This document shows positions 13,364-24,429 of a stretch of 64,000 nt of DNA, piece by piece (position 1 is the first letter of the stretch; every line of letters begins with the position of its first letter). Made by a program: the position numbers and the translations under genes. Under the pieces are notes generated by a model, which ran no database searches, had not been told where the DNA came from, and saw only the letters and a list, made by a program, of their open reading frames with translations. This stretch comes from Macrostomum lignano (Eukaryota), in assembly GCA_002269645.1 (NCBI GenBank), contig NIVC01001648.1, forward strand, positions 32,544-96,543, read 5' to 3'.

Positions 13364-13663
13364 TTCCTAGGAAAGCCAGAAGCAGAAGTACAACAAAAAG
13401 CGATAATTTTTTTAAGAATCGGCCGGCAGTGGCGTTACTAATAAAATTGAGAAGCAGTCGCATTTCTAGGAAAGCCTGAGACACTATTATTTCTAGGAAA
13501 CCCAGAAGCAGGGGTATTTCTATGAAAGTCATTGGCATTTCTAAGAAACCCAGAAGCAGTTCAGTTTCTAGGAAAGCCAACATATGCATTATTAAAACCA
13601 GAAGCAGTGGTGTTTCTAAGAAAGAGGCATTTCTTGGAAAATTATCAATAGGAATTCTAGGAA
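13364..13663. promoter_or_regulatory. Degenerate repeat carrying a cluster of TTCnnnGAA (GAS/STAT-type) motifs
   Basis: Eight TTC-N3-GAA sites and one TTC-N4-GAA site in 300 bp of FARP intron 1. Confidence 0.4.
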
Positions 13664-14431
13664 AAGCAGAAACAGCTTTATTTAGACGAAAATCGACAAT
13701 AGAATTTCTATAATAATTTGAGGATCAATACGCAATAGTACGTTCTGCAGTAGCTCTATAAAAGGCCAGCGGCTTCTGTATTTACGATTTGTGTTTAAAA
13801 AAAACACGGAAAAACTTGGTCGCTTTACGCTGGACGCCCGTGACGGAGAGGCGGGCAGAGAGGGAGAGGAGGGAGAGAGGGGGCAGAGAAGGGGCAGGCA
13901 TCGTGGAGTATTATCATCAGAGTGGACGCGACCGGTGATCAATTGAAATTAAGGCAGGAAGCTGGGCCGCTGCTGCAACCAGCCGCATCTACAGAGCCCC
14001 CCCCCCCCTAGCTGGACACGGGAGCAGCCAAGCAGAGAGAGAGAGAAGCAAGCAAATAGGAAGCAGCAAGAGCAGAGGAAACATGCAAGAAATAGAGACG
14101 GCCAGTGAGTTTTGAAGGAGCTTTTCCTTACTTTGCCCCGGCGTTTTTTCGTTCAAACCAAAGCTTTGGAGCAGGCGAAAGAGTCCCCAGGGGCCGGGAG
14201 CCAAGGCCAGCGAAAGCAGACTTTTGCCCGCCCCTTCCACCGGTTTCTGGCTGCAGGAGAAGCGCTCTGGCACGGGGTAGCGATACGATTTATTTACGCC
14301 AATAACAGAATGAAACTGGGCCGACTGTAAGCATGTGGGGCTTGAGATGCCGGATTAAATACCCTGTGCAATTGGGGACCATTGCTGGTTCGAATCGTTG
14401 AGATTTATGAGTTTCAGCTTTTTTAATTCAA

Positions 14432-15127
14432 AGGTGTGAATAGCGATTTACGTGAAGGTGTGAATGGCGATTCACATGAAGGTGTGAATGGCGATTCACG
14501 TGAAGGTGTGAATGGCGATTCACATGAAGGTGTGAATGGCGATTCACGTGAAGGTGTGAATGGCGATTCACATGAAGGTGTGAATGGCGATTCACATGAA
14601 GGTGTGAATGGCGATTCACATGAAGGTGTGAATGGCGATTCACATGAAGGTGTGAATGGCGATTCACATGAAGGTGTGAATAGCGATTCACATGAAGGTG
14701 TGAATAGCGATTCACATGAAGGTGTGAATAGCGATTCACATGAAGGTGTGAATAGCGATTCACATGAAGGTGTGAATAGCGATTCACATGAAGGTGTGAA
14801 TAGCGATTCACATTAAGGTGTGAATAGCAATTCACATGAAGGTGTGAATGGCGATTCACATGAAGGTGTGAATAGCGATTCACATGAAGGTGTGAATAGC
14901 GATTCACATGAAGGTGTGAATAGCGATTCACATGAAGGTGTGATTAGCGATTCACATGAAGGTGTGAATGGCGATTCACGTAAAGGCGTGAATGGCGATT
15001 CACGTAAAGGCGTGAATGGCGATTCACATGAAGGTGTGAATGGCGATTCACATGAAGGTGTGAATGGCGATTCACATGAAGGTGTGAATGGCGATTCACA
15101 TGAAGGTGTGAATGGCGATTCACGTGA
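14432..15127 (+). repeat. 24-bp hairpin-unit minisatellite GAAGGTGTGAATGGCGATTCACAT
   Basis: About 29 units, no spacers; TGTGAAT/ATTCACA stem. Confidence 0.96.
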
Positions 15128-15251
15128 AGTTGTAAAAGGAGATTCCAGGAGGTTACCAAATTCCAAGGGTCCTTTCTCTATTCGTCAAAGTCCTTATCAA
15201 AGCGTGTTTAACTGCAGCCATCAATAAAAAATTCAAACACAAAAGACTCAC

Positions 15252-15389
15252 CGGAACTTGAAACGAATTCACCGTATCGTCCAGCAGCACCACTTTAACA
15301 GTCTGAACTTTATTGCCGCCGCCGCCGCTGCCGCCACTGCCGACGGGACGTCGAGGCGACGCGGCGGAACCGCCGGACTGGGAGGTCAT
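15252..15389 (-). CDS. FARP: FARP/Cdep-like FERM-domain protein, coding exon 1
   Basis: ATG at 15389; reads MTSQSGG...KVQTVKVVLLDDTVNSFQVP, then a GTGAGT donor (phase 0). Gene model is complement(join 15252-15389, 11725-11829, 9595-9716, 9402-9499, 5169-5295, 4994-5081, 2509-2664). All phases match. The FERM sequence closely resembles FARP1/2 and Drosophila Cdep as I recall them. Confidence 0.88.
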
Positions 15390-15730
15390 GAGCGGACCGG
15401 GTAGGAGGGCCCGGCTAGCCAGCCAGACTCGATGGCGTTAACGAGAATCAGTCGGCGCTGCAAAGCGGGCGAAGGCGGGCGGATTGAGGCCGGCTGCCAA
15501 GGCCTGGCGGATAGGAGGAATGGGAAGTGAGGGACAGAGGGATGGGGCGAGAGAGTTGGACACGTTTAAACTGAGATTTTCCTGCACCAGTCGGCCCTTC
15601 GGAGCTCCCATCGCCCCCTCGCCCCTGCCGATGTTCGCCACTCGCCCTAGTCAGCCAATGAGGATAAAGCAGATCGGGGAGGACGCGTTAATCTGTCACG
15701 TGACTGTGCACTGTGCAGCAGCCAGCGCAG
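15390..15730. promoter_or_regulatory. GC-rich putative promoter / 5'UTR region of the FARP gene, head-to-head with the mannosidase gene
   Basis: GC-rich patch upstream of the FARP ATG with a GGGCGG box (~15476) and a CCAAT box (TCAGCCAATGAG, 15655-15659). Confidence 0.4.
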
Positions 15731-18001
15731 GGAATGTCGAAGTATTGGAACGAAGGGAAACTAAGGAAAAAATGAAAATATGGTTAAATACTGTCATATA
15801 TATACTGTCATAGAGAGTGAAGTGTTGCATGTGTAGATTTGGTTACTTGGCTTGAGGCATTTGGTATTGGTGACAGGTGACCATTGACCTGCCAGTAGCA
15901 GACAGGCAAACAGTTATGGCCATCCTATTGACCCTGATCATTATATATTGTATGCATATCAATATACATATAGGCATATACTAACATAGGGTATAAAATA
16001 GTACATTCTAATCTTAAGACATACAGACTATATGGCACTTGATGGCATAAATTAAACAAGAAAACCCACGTAAATATTTCATATAAGGCATAAATTATTA
16101 TAAAAAACAAAAAAACAAAAACTTCATTGTAATAATAAGATGTTATAACTAAAGTTGAATGAAACATGATCCATTTATGAAAATACACAGATATTTTATC
16201 CCTATCATTAATTACCAATATACTGTATTAGTACTAATTTCTTTACTACTATTAACAGATAGAAAATCTATTAAAATAAGGCCTACCAAAATTAAATATA
16301 TTTCTAGTTCAAGCTTTTAAATATGGATTCAATTTTTTATAAGAAATTCATACATATTAAGCATCAAGAAAATGTGTAACAATGTCCTTTAATCAGTATG
16401 CTTCAAATTATAATGCAACTTAATTGCACAAGTTAAAATCAAGGTCTAATAATAAATATTAATACTTATATTTAAAACCTATACTATAAAGATAAAACAG
16501 CATTATAGCAATACAATCAATGACAATAGCATGGCATAGGCAATATCTGATTAGTGATATTCAATAGTGAAATAATAAAAGAATGGCATAGTTCTAGTTT
16601 ACTGCGTTAAATTATTTCGCCCTCTATTCAAGGGTAGGGGGTTGGAATATAACGAAGTAAACTAGAACTATGCAGAATTACGAATTACGAATAGTAATAA
16701 CCAGTAAAAGTATAATATATCGAAAGCAAAAAACTGAATTTGGTTACTTGGGGATAGAATTGTCAAGTTAAAGTAAACGTTTTAAAGACAACCCAATGAG
16801 GAAAATCAGCTTAATAAGGAATTATAGATTACGCATAAATAATAGTACCTCACAGACTGACTGTATTAAAAATGGTCCAGTTGTCCTGACCCATATGCGA
16901 TGTTCAAATATGAAATAAATGTTTTTACACATAATTAATTTAATTCAACTCATAAAACTTAATTTTAAAATATTGTCATTAATCATCGCAGTAAGTCGAA
17001 GCTGTTTAGTGTTAAAAAGTAAATTATTTTATATCTTTTTGGACTATCAACAGCTATGCTAGTTTATTTCTCGTATTTTGCAAGTCCCTTACCAAGACAC
17101 ATAACTATGTGTTTTAAATGACATAAATTTCGCGCGATTTTGTCCATTAGGATTTTATAGGAATCTTTAAATGGTAAACTGACCGACAGACAGCTCACAG
17201 CTTTGACGACAGTGACAGTGACTGGCGAACTTCCTAGTTTCCTATAAACTAAAAATGTTTTCTAATGAGATGGTAATTTTGTTATCTTGTTTCATAGGAC
17301 TACTCTATCTAATGATATTTAAATATATAATAGTAAAATAAGTTGTAATGTTATTTTTTACTTGATATAAACTAACCAGCATTTTACCGCACAGCTATCT
17401 GTTACGATCATACGGCCATGCACATTGCACCATGATATTGTAGGGTCATAATAAATCAATATTTGAAATTGCATTTTGCTAGGAATAACAAGCTACAATT
17501 GAATTTGTTTAAGATAATGTGCAAGAGGCTTTTATATCATTTTTATATAATAAATCCTTTTATGCATCAAACTATATAGTTTATACCTAATTTTTAGATC
17601 TACTTCCTTCTTTAAATAATTTTTCTTGACATGCTTAACTCAATGCTTTTTATAGGTCAATTTTTAGGGAAAGGTCATAACCTTTCATAATCATAATCTT
17701 TGCTTTCTTTTGGTCTTTTATAAGCATTTTCTGCTAAATCAAAATTTAGCCAAATGTAGGTTACATTATTTACTTTTTTATTCTTAAAAGATTACCTAAT
17801 ATTTTTTACTATTTTTCAATTAGACAAAGTATAAAGTGTGCTTATATATGTATATTTATGATTTTCAAAAGCTTTAGTCGTAGACATTAATGCTTATAAT
17901 AAAATAATCTTAAAACTTCATAATAACTTCAGCTAAAAGCCCAGCGAAACTCAAAATTAGCCAAGGTAAATTGGAAGATCCTTCACTTCCTGCTGGCAAG
18001 C

Positions 18002-19404
18002 ATGCGGTTCAAGACGCGCATTTGGTGCCTACTAGCTCTATTTGCCATTGCATTTCTAGTGCTGACCTACTTTTCACTCAGCTATCACCGGGAGCAGTCC
18101 TTGTCAATCAATGATGACTCACTCGATGCCAAGGAGTTGCAGCTGGCTGACTTGCTCAATCCATTGCCCAAGCCGAAGCTCCAAGGAGCTCTGAGCAATC
18201 GGTGCACTCGGATTAACCAGCAGTCAGTTGGCGTCAAGACTTTCTTTGCCAACCAGCTGCTTGGCAAGTTCGACAGGCGCTACGACCCCAAGGCTGTCAC
18301 ATTTGAGAATGGCGTCCAAGTGCCCAAGTCGCTTGAAGCCCTGAAGCCCAAGGGCGAGAAGCTAACAGTGTTTGTAGTGCCTCACTCGCATAATGATCCG
18401 AATTGGTTGAAATCGTACGATAGTTATTATCATCTGCAGACTCGCAATGTGCTCAACTATGCGCTTAAGTACCTGACTAAGTGGCCGGAAATGCGCTTCA
18501 TCTGGACCGAGGCTGTATTCCTCAGCACCTGGTTCTCAGAGGCCACGCCAGACCAGCGGGCGGCCATGAAGTCCCTGGTCAAGCAGGGTCGTTTAGAGAT
18601 CACCAGCGGAGGCTGGGTATCCCCAGATGAAGCTTCTACGCATTATTTTGCGCTAATAAATCAAATGCTGGACGGTCACCTGTGGATTAAGCAGAACCTG
18701 GGCGTCGCACCCGAAACATACTGGAACGTTGATCCGTTCGGGTATTCGCTGCTCTCGCCTCATCTGCAGTCCCTTGCCGGCATCCAAAATTATGTTATAC
18801 TGCGCATTAACGAGCACATCAAGGACATGCTGCGGCGCGAACGGGCGTTGGAGTTCAACTGGCAGACCTTCTGGAGCAGTTCGGGCCGCGGCCCAGACAC
18901 CCAGCTGCTCACCAGCGTGCTGCCGTTCATGCTGTACCAGATCAAGTACTCGTGCGGCCCCAACCCGTCATTCTGCTTGTATTTCGATTTTCGCAACATT
19001 GATGGCGAATTGTCGGAGAGTCTGGGCACCAACGTCGATCCGAAGAATGTGAACCGCCTGTCGGACATGCTGTTCCAGCAGCTGGAGGCCAAGAGCAAAT
19101 TCTACAGGCACAATGTCCTCATGATGCCGTTGGGCGACGATTTCCGCTGGGACCGGGAGGAGGAGTGGAACCAGCAGTACAACAACTACAAAAAGCTGAT
19201 GGACTACATGAACAGTCAGTCCAGCATGAATGTGGAGATCAAATTCGGCACTATGAAGGATTATTTTGCCGAGCTTCGAGCCCAGCTGGCGAAGCGACCG
19301 GAGAGCGAGCGGCTGCCAAACTTTATGGGCGATTTTTTCACTTACACTGACAAGGACGAGGACTACTGGAGCGGCTACTTCACATCCCGGCCCGGGTTGA
19401 AGCG
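18002..19404 (+). CDS. MAN2A: Golgi-type class II alpha-mannosidase (GH38, MAN2A / mannosidase III-like), exon 1
   Basis: Type II membrane anchor at the N-terminus, Zn-binding VPHSHND, nucleophile motif WNVDPFG, acid/base motif PLGDDFR, and YWSGYFTSRP. Donor CG|gtacgg, phase 2. The full 5-exon join is 3426 nt = 1141 aa + stop. Confidence 0.95.
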
Positions 19405-19666
19405 GTACGGATTTTGGGGGCTCCCACAGAACAGTATATGTGCCTTGGGAGTTGGCTCTCATGGGTGTGAATCGCACGACAAGCATCCTGTGCAGGCACC
19501 GAGTACAGAGGAAAGGCATTTTGAAGGGATTGGAGAGTGCCTTGAAGTCTACATTCAAAAACTCAACTTGTTGTAGCTGTGTAGCCCGTGTAGTTTTTGA
19601 AGTTCTACTGTCCAAAAGAAGCTACAGAATATTTAACCTTCCTAGGCAAATGTTCAATCAATCCAG

Positions 19667-20027
19667 GTGCAGTCGCGAGATCGAATCCCTACTAAGAGCG
19701 GCAGAGATCTTCTCCACCAAAGCGGCTCTTCATAGCGCCGATAAGCAGCTGTACAAGCAGATTTATCCCAGGCTAGACTGGGCTCGCCGTAATCTGTCAC
19801 TGTTCCAGCATCACGACTCCATCACTGGCACATCTACACAGGAGGTGATCGAGGAGCAGTACCTGGCCAAGGTGTTGCCTGGCGCATTCAACCGCTCCGT
19901 GGAGGCGCTGGCCGGCGCACTTGCCAGCCTGCTTGGCGGCTCCATTGACTCGCCGCCTGTCTTTGCCGACGCGTTCGATGGCGGCTGGCGGAAACCGCCG
20001 CGGCTGCCCGGGCCGGTGGGCTTTGAG
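19667..20027 (+). CDS. MAN2A: GH38 alpha-mannosidase exon 2 (middle domain)
   Basis: atccag|R-CSREIESLLRAAE...LSLFQHHDSITGT (Zn-ligand His)...PVGFE|gtaacg. An alternative in-frame acceptor exists at 19645/6. Confidence 0.9.
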
Positions 20028-20091
20028 GTAACGCAAGTCTTGGGCGGGGCTGCTTTGGTTCGACAGTTCCCAGCATAGCTGGGAGTCTATT

Positions 20092-20680
20092 GTAGCTTCT
20101 TCCGTAGCTTACTAGCTTCTTCCTTAGCTTCTTCCTTAGCTTACTAGCTTCTTCCTTAGCTTTTTCCTTAGCTTAATAGCTTCTTCCGTAGCTTACTAGC
20201 TTCTTCCTTAGCTTCTTCCGTAGCTTACTAGCTTCTTCCTTAGCTTCTTCCGTAGCTTACTAGCTTCTTCCTTAGCTTCTTCCGTAGCTTACTAGCTTCT
20301 TCCTTAGCTTCTTCCGTAGCTTACTAGCTTCTTCCGTAGCTTCTTCAATAGCTTCTTCCGTAGCTTCTTCCGTAGCTTTTTCCGTAGCTTCTTCCGTAGC
20401 GTCTTCCCTGTAGCGTCTTCCGTAGCGTCTTCCCTGTAGCTTCTTCCGTAGCTTTTTCTGTAGCTTCTTCCGTAGCGTCTTCCCTGTAGCGTCTCCCCTG
20501 TACAGTCTCCCCTGTAGCGTCTCCCATGTAGTGTCTCCCATTTAGTGTCTCCCATGTAGTGTCCCCCCTTTAGCGTCTCCCCCTTTAGTGTCTCCCCCTT
20601 TAGCGTCTCCCCCTTTAGCGTCTCCTCCTTTAGCGTCTCCCCCTTTAGCGTCTCCCCCTTTAGCGTCTCCCCCATGTAGC
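20092..20680 (+). repeat. Compound 12-15-bp repeats (TAGCTTCTTCCG grading into TAGCGTCTCCCCCTT)
   Basis: Mannosidase intron 2. Confidence 0.9.
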
Positions 20681-20759
20681 TGCTAGGTAATAGCTTCTGT
20701 CTCTCTCGATGTTCCGCAGTCGCTGTCTCAAAGCAGCAGCCAATCCTTAAATCTCGCAG

Positions 20760-21338
20760 ATCCCCAAGCAGTTGCCAGGCGAGCTGCTCATAGTGAACTC
20801 CATCGGCCAGAGTCGCTACGACTGTCTCACGGTTGTCCTGCGCGGCCCGCCAGCCTCCGCCGCCACCGTTCGGCTGCTGAACCGGCCTTCGGCGGCCGAC
20901 AGTCTCCGGCTTCGCTGCCAGGTTGAGCCGCACTTCAACGGCATCTCCGGCGGCATCAGCGAGTTCGAATTCGACCTGCTGGTCTGCCTGCAGATGCCGC
21001 CGCTGTCGGCCACTCGGGTCGGATTCTCGGCCGGGGCGGACAATTCGGAGCCCACTGTCCGCTGCCCGCCAGCCCGGCTGGCCATGAACTTCCCTCACAG
21101 CAGCTCCGTGTGGCCGAAAATCGACCGACTGGACGAAACCGCCGGCCGGAGTCAGCTGACTCTGGCCAACTCCGTGCTGGCCATCAACTTTACTCTGGCC
21201 GGCGGCGAGCCCGACTTTGTCAGCGTCCAGCAGCTCGGCGGCAGCGACGGCGGCGTGGCGGCCACCGGCTTCGGGCTGGAGCTCGGCTATCTCGGGCTGG
21301 CGAAGTCCAGGCGCGGCGCCTACATCATGGGGGGCGGG
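20760..21338 (+). CDS. MAN2A: GH38 alpha-mannosidase exon 3
   Basis: ctcgcag|IPKQLPGELLIVNSIGQSR...RRGAYIMGGG|gtgagc; GAY(I/L) motif of the C-terminal region. The acceptor could instead be at 20771/2. Confidence 0.82.
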
Positions 21339-21395
21339 GTGAGCTGCGATTAGCGGGATTATCAATGCAGTGGACTATCTACATATAGTTACAGG

Positions 21396-22150
21396 GAACT
21401 ACAGATAGATTATCGATAGAACTACAGATAGATTATCGATAGAACTACAGATGGATTATCGAGAGAATTACAGATGGATTATCGATAGAACTACAGATGG
21501 ATTATCGAGAGAATTACAGATGGATTATCGATAGAACTACAGATGGATTATCGATAGAACTACAGATGGATTATCGATAGAACTACAGATAGATTATCGA
21601 TAGAACTACAGATAGATTATCGATAGAATTACAGATGGATTATCGATAGAATTACAGATAGATTATCGATAGAACTACAGATGAATTATCGAGAGAATTA
21701 CAGATGGATTATCGATAGAACTACAGATGGATTATCGAGAGAATTACAGATGGATTATCGATAGAACTACAGATGGATTATCGATAGAACTACAGATAGA
21801 TTATCGATAGAACTACAGATAGATTATCGATAGAATTACAGATGGATTATCGAGAGAATTACAGATGGATTATCGATAGAACCACAGATGGATTATCGAT
21901 AGAATTACAGATGGATTATCGATAGAACCACAGATGGATTATCGATAGAATTACAGATGGATTATCGATAGAATCACAGATGGATTATCATAAGAATTAT
22001 AGATGGATTATTAAGAGAAAAACAGATGGATTATCGATAGAACCACCGATGGATTATCGATATATTTACAGATGGATTATCGATAGAACTACAGATGGAT
22101 TATCGATAGAACTACAAATGGATTATCCATAGAATTTCAGCTGGATTATA
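21396..22150 (+). repeat. 23-bp minisatellite GATGGATTATCGATAGAA(C/T)TACA
   Basis: Mannosidase intron 3, about 30 units. Confidence 0.95.
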
Positions 22151-22297
22151 GGTGTAATCAAAGTGGGATTATCGTTCGAAATCACTGAGGGATTAGTGAT
22201 AATCATTTAATTTGTAAAGTGCAATTTAATGATACCAAATGACTTGTCAACCATTTGACTTGTACCCTACAATTCCACTACAACCCATGCGCAACAG

Positions 22298-22783
22298 GTG
22301 GAGCCGGGCGCCCCGCTCTCCCGCGAGGGCCTGCAGCCCGACCCGGTGGTTTATTCAGTTCGAGGCCCGGTTCGCAGCTCCATCCTGCGCCAACAGAACC
22401 ACTACAGAAACCGGGTGGCCCTGTACAGCACCGGCCTGGCAGCGGTGGACTCCGCTGTGCGAGTCACCAACCTGGCGAACCTGCCCAGCTCGGAGTCCTC
22501 GGACATGACCAAGCCGCTGGACCTGGAGCTGGTCATGCGGGCCAACTTCAGCCTGGCGAATGGCCGCTACTTCTACACTGACGCGAACTCCGCCGCGCTG
22601 GTCAGGCGGCACAGGCCGATAAAGGCCCCGTTCGAGTCCGGCGTGTACCCCGTGACCGGCGCCGTAGTGCTGTGCGGCTCGGCCCGGCGGAGGCGGGTGG
22701 CGGTTCTGACCGGTCAGAGCCACGGTGCCGCCCTGCTGCCTGACGGCCGGCTTGACATTGTGCTGCACAGACGGACCTCTCAG
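22298..22783 (+). CDS. MAN2A: GH38 alpha-mannosidase exon 4 (486 nt, phase 0-0)
   Basis: caacag|VEPGAP...FYTDANS...VLTGQSHGAALLPDGRLDIVLHRRTSQ|gtgtgc; GH38 C-terminal motifs. Confidence 0.9.
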
Positions 22784-22849
22784 GTGTGCGCGTGTGGGTA
22801 TCGCCTAATCCAACCCTAATCCTGCCGATAATCCTTCCATTTAAATCCT

Positions 22850-23192
22850 CTGATTCTATCGATAATCCCACCGCGATTCTATCGATAATCCCACCGCAAT
22901 TCTATCGATAATCCCACCGCAATTCTATCGATAATCCCACCGCAATTCTATCGATAATCCCACCGCAATTCTATCGATAATCCCACCGCAATTCTATCGA
23001 TAATCCCACCGCAATTCTATCGATAATCCCACCGCAATTCTATCGATAATCCCACCGCAATTCTATCGATAATCCCACCGCAATTCTATCGATAATCCCA
23101 CCGCAATTCTATCGATAATCCCACCGCAATTCTATCGATAATCCCACCGCAATTCTATCGATAATCCCACCGCAATTCTATCGATAATCCAT
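22850..23192 (+). repeat. 23-bp minisatellite ATTCTATCGATAATCCCACCGCA
   Basis: Mannosidase intron 4, about 15 units; inverted relative of the intron 3 repeat. Confidence 0.95.
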
Positions 23193-23299
23193 CAATTTTT
23201 GCCGACAAAAAGCCCGATTTTTTCAATTATCAACGTGTATGATTATGAATTTTCTACAATTCGTAATCCAACCGACCAACCAGTACTCTCGCCAATAAT

Positions 23300-23600
23300 G
23301 CAACCAGAATTCCCCAAAAATTAAACCAGAATTCCCCACTAATCCAACCAGAAGTTCCCAATAATCCAACCAGAATTCCCCACTAATCCAACCAGAATTC
23401 CCCACTAATCCAACCAGAATTCCTCACTAATCCAACCAGAATTCCCCACTAATCCAACCAGAATTCCTCACTAATCCAACCAGAATTCCCCACTAATCCA
23501 ACCAGAATTCCTCACTAATCCAACCAGAATTCCCCACTAATCCAACCAGAATTCCTCACTAATCCAACCAGAATTCCTCACTAATCCATCCAGAATTCCC
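23300..23600 (+). repeat. 22-bp minisatellite AATCCAACCAGAATTCCCCACT
   Basis: Runs into the exon 5 acceptor. Confidence 0.92.
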
Positions 23601-23606
23601 CCGCAG

Positions 23607-24203
23607 GACGACAGTCGCGGCGTGGGCCAGGCCATGGAGCGGGTTTACCCAGCTCGCAGCGACTTCCTGCTGCACTGGTCGACTCAGTCGGCCGCCGATT
23701 CCACCGACGCCAACAATAACGACGAGCGTCTGGTTGGCGACTTCCTGACCCCGGCCGAGCTGGCGCTGTCTCGCCGGCTCAACCACCGACCGTTGGCCTT
23801 CCTAACCCGTTCGCCTGGCAACAAATCCCCAGTTGTCCAGCTGTCCCTGCTGCCGCCGGCCGGTCTGCCCTGCTCACTGGAGATTGTCACCTACCGGTTG
23901 CTGCCGCCTGGGCACCGGTTCCAGGCCCTGCTGGTGCTGCACAATCAGCCAAGCGTGTGCCACAAAACCGGCAATGGTGAGCAGCAGCAGCAGCAACCGT
24001 GCAAAGCCAAAGTGGGCTTCTGTCTGGCCGACCTGTTTACAGCTGGTCCGGGCGAGGCGGCCCCTCGTCGGCCCAGCCGAGCGGCCGAGGCGACCCTCAC
24101 GGGGCTGCGGCTGACCCGGCCAGTGGTGGACCTGAACGAGCCGCTGCCATTGGGCGGCTTCTTCTTTCGCACTTTTCTATTGCAATTCGATGGATCGCAT
24201 TGA
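23607..24203 (+). CDS. MAN2A: GH38 alpha-mannosidase exon 5 (terminal)
   Basis: ccgcag|DDSRGVGQ completes the conserved RR..QDD.RG.GQ motif; ends at TGA 24201-24203. Confidence 0.9.
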   Translation, partial: DDSRGVGQAMERVYPARSDFLLHWSTQSAADSTDANNNDERLVGDFLTPAELALSRRLNHRPLAFLTRSPGNKSPVVQLSLLPPAGLPCSLEIVTYRLLPPGHRFQALLVLHNQPSVCHKTGNGEQQQQQPCKAKVGFCLADLFTAGPGEAAPRRPSRAAEATLTGLRLTRPVVDLNEPLPLGGFFFRTFLLQFDGSH

Positions 24204-24429
24204 CAAAGGTCGCCTGCTTTAGCAGCTGAAAGATTGCTCTATATACTACTGTTTAGTATCAGGCACAGTTTCTAGAATAACTAGATATGCCACTACTGAA
24301 AAAGCAGAGCGTCAACTCAGTAGTTTCTCTGCGCAGTGTTACTTAAATTTTAAATGCGCATCTAAAATCTTCTTTCCTTTCTCGGGGTTTGTGGCCTCAG
24401 AAGCATACACAAATGAACGCAAGATAGAC

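Noticed and set aside
13130-13713. K/R-rich ORFs in FARP intron 1
   Set aside because: They arise from the degenerate TTCTAGGAAA repeat on the non-coding strand, with no homology cues.
14385-14400. GGTTCGAATC B-box as a tRNA gene
   Set aside because: No A-box at the proper distance and no cloverleaf.
14432-15127. CRISPR-like palindromic 24-bp repeats
   Set aside because: There are no unique spacers or cas genes, and the context is a eukaryotic intron.
19405-19666. C-terminal tail of ORF 18002-19576 and N-terminus of ORF 19440-20078 as separate proteins
   Set aside because: This is intron read-through; the GT-AG join restores the GH38 motif KR..R.IES.LRAAE.
17990-24203. Horizontal or prokaryotic origin of the mannosidase (long first exon, AT-rich flanks)
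   Set aside because: It has a type II Golgi anchor, spliceosomal introns and metazoan MAN2A-type motifs; no bacterial operon context.
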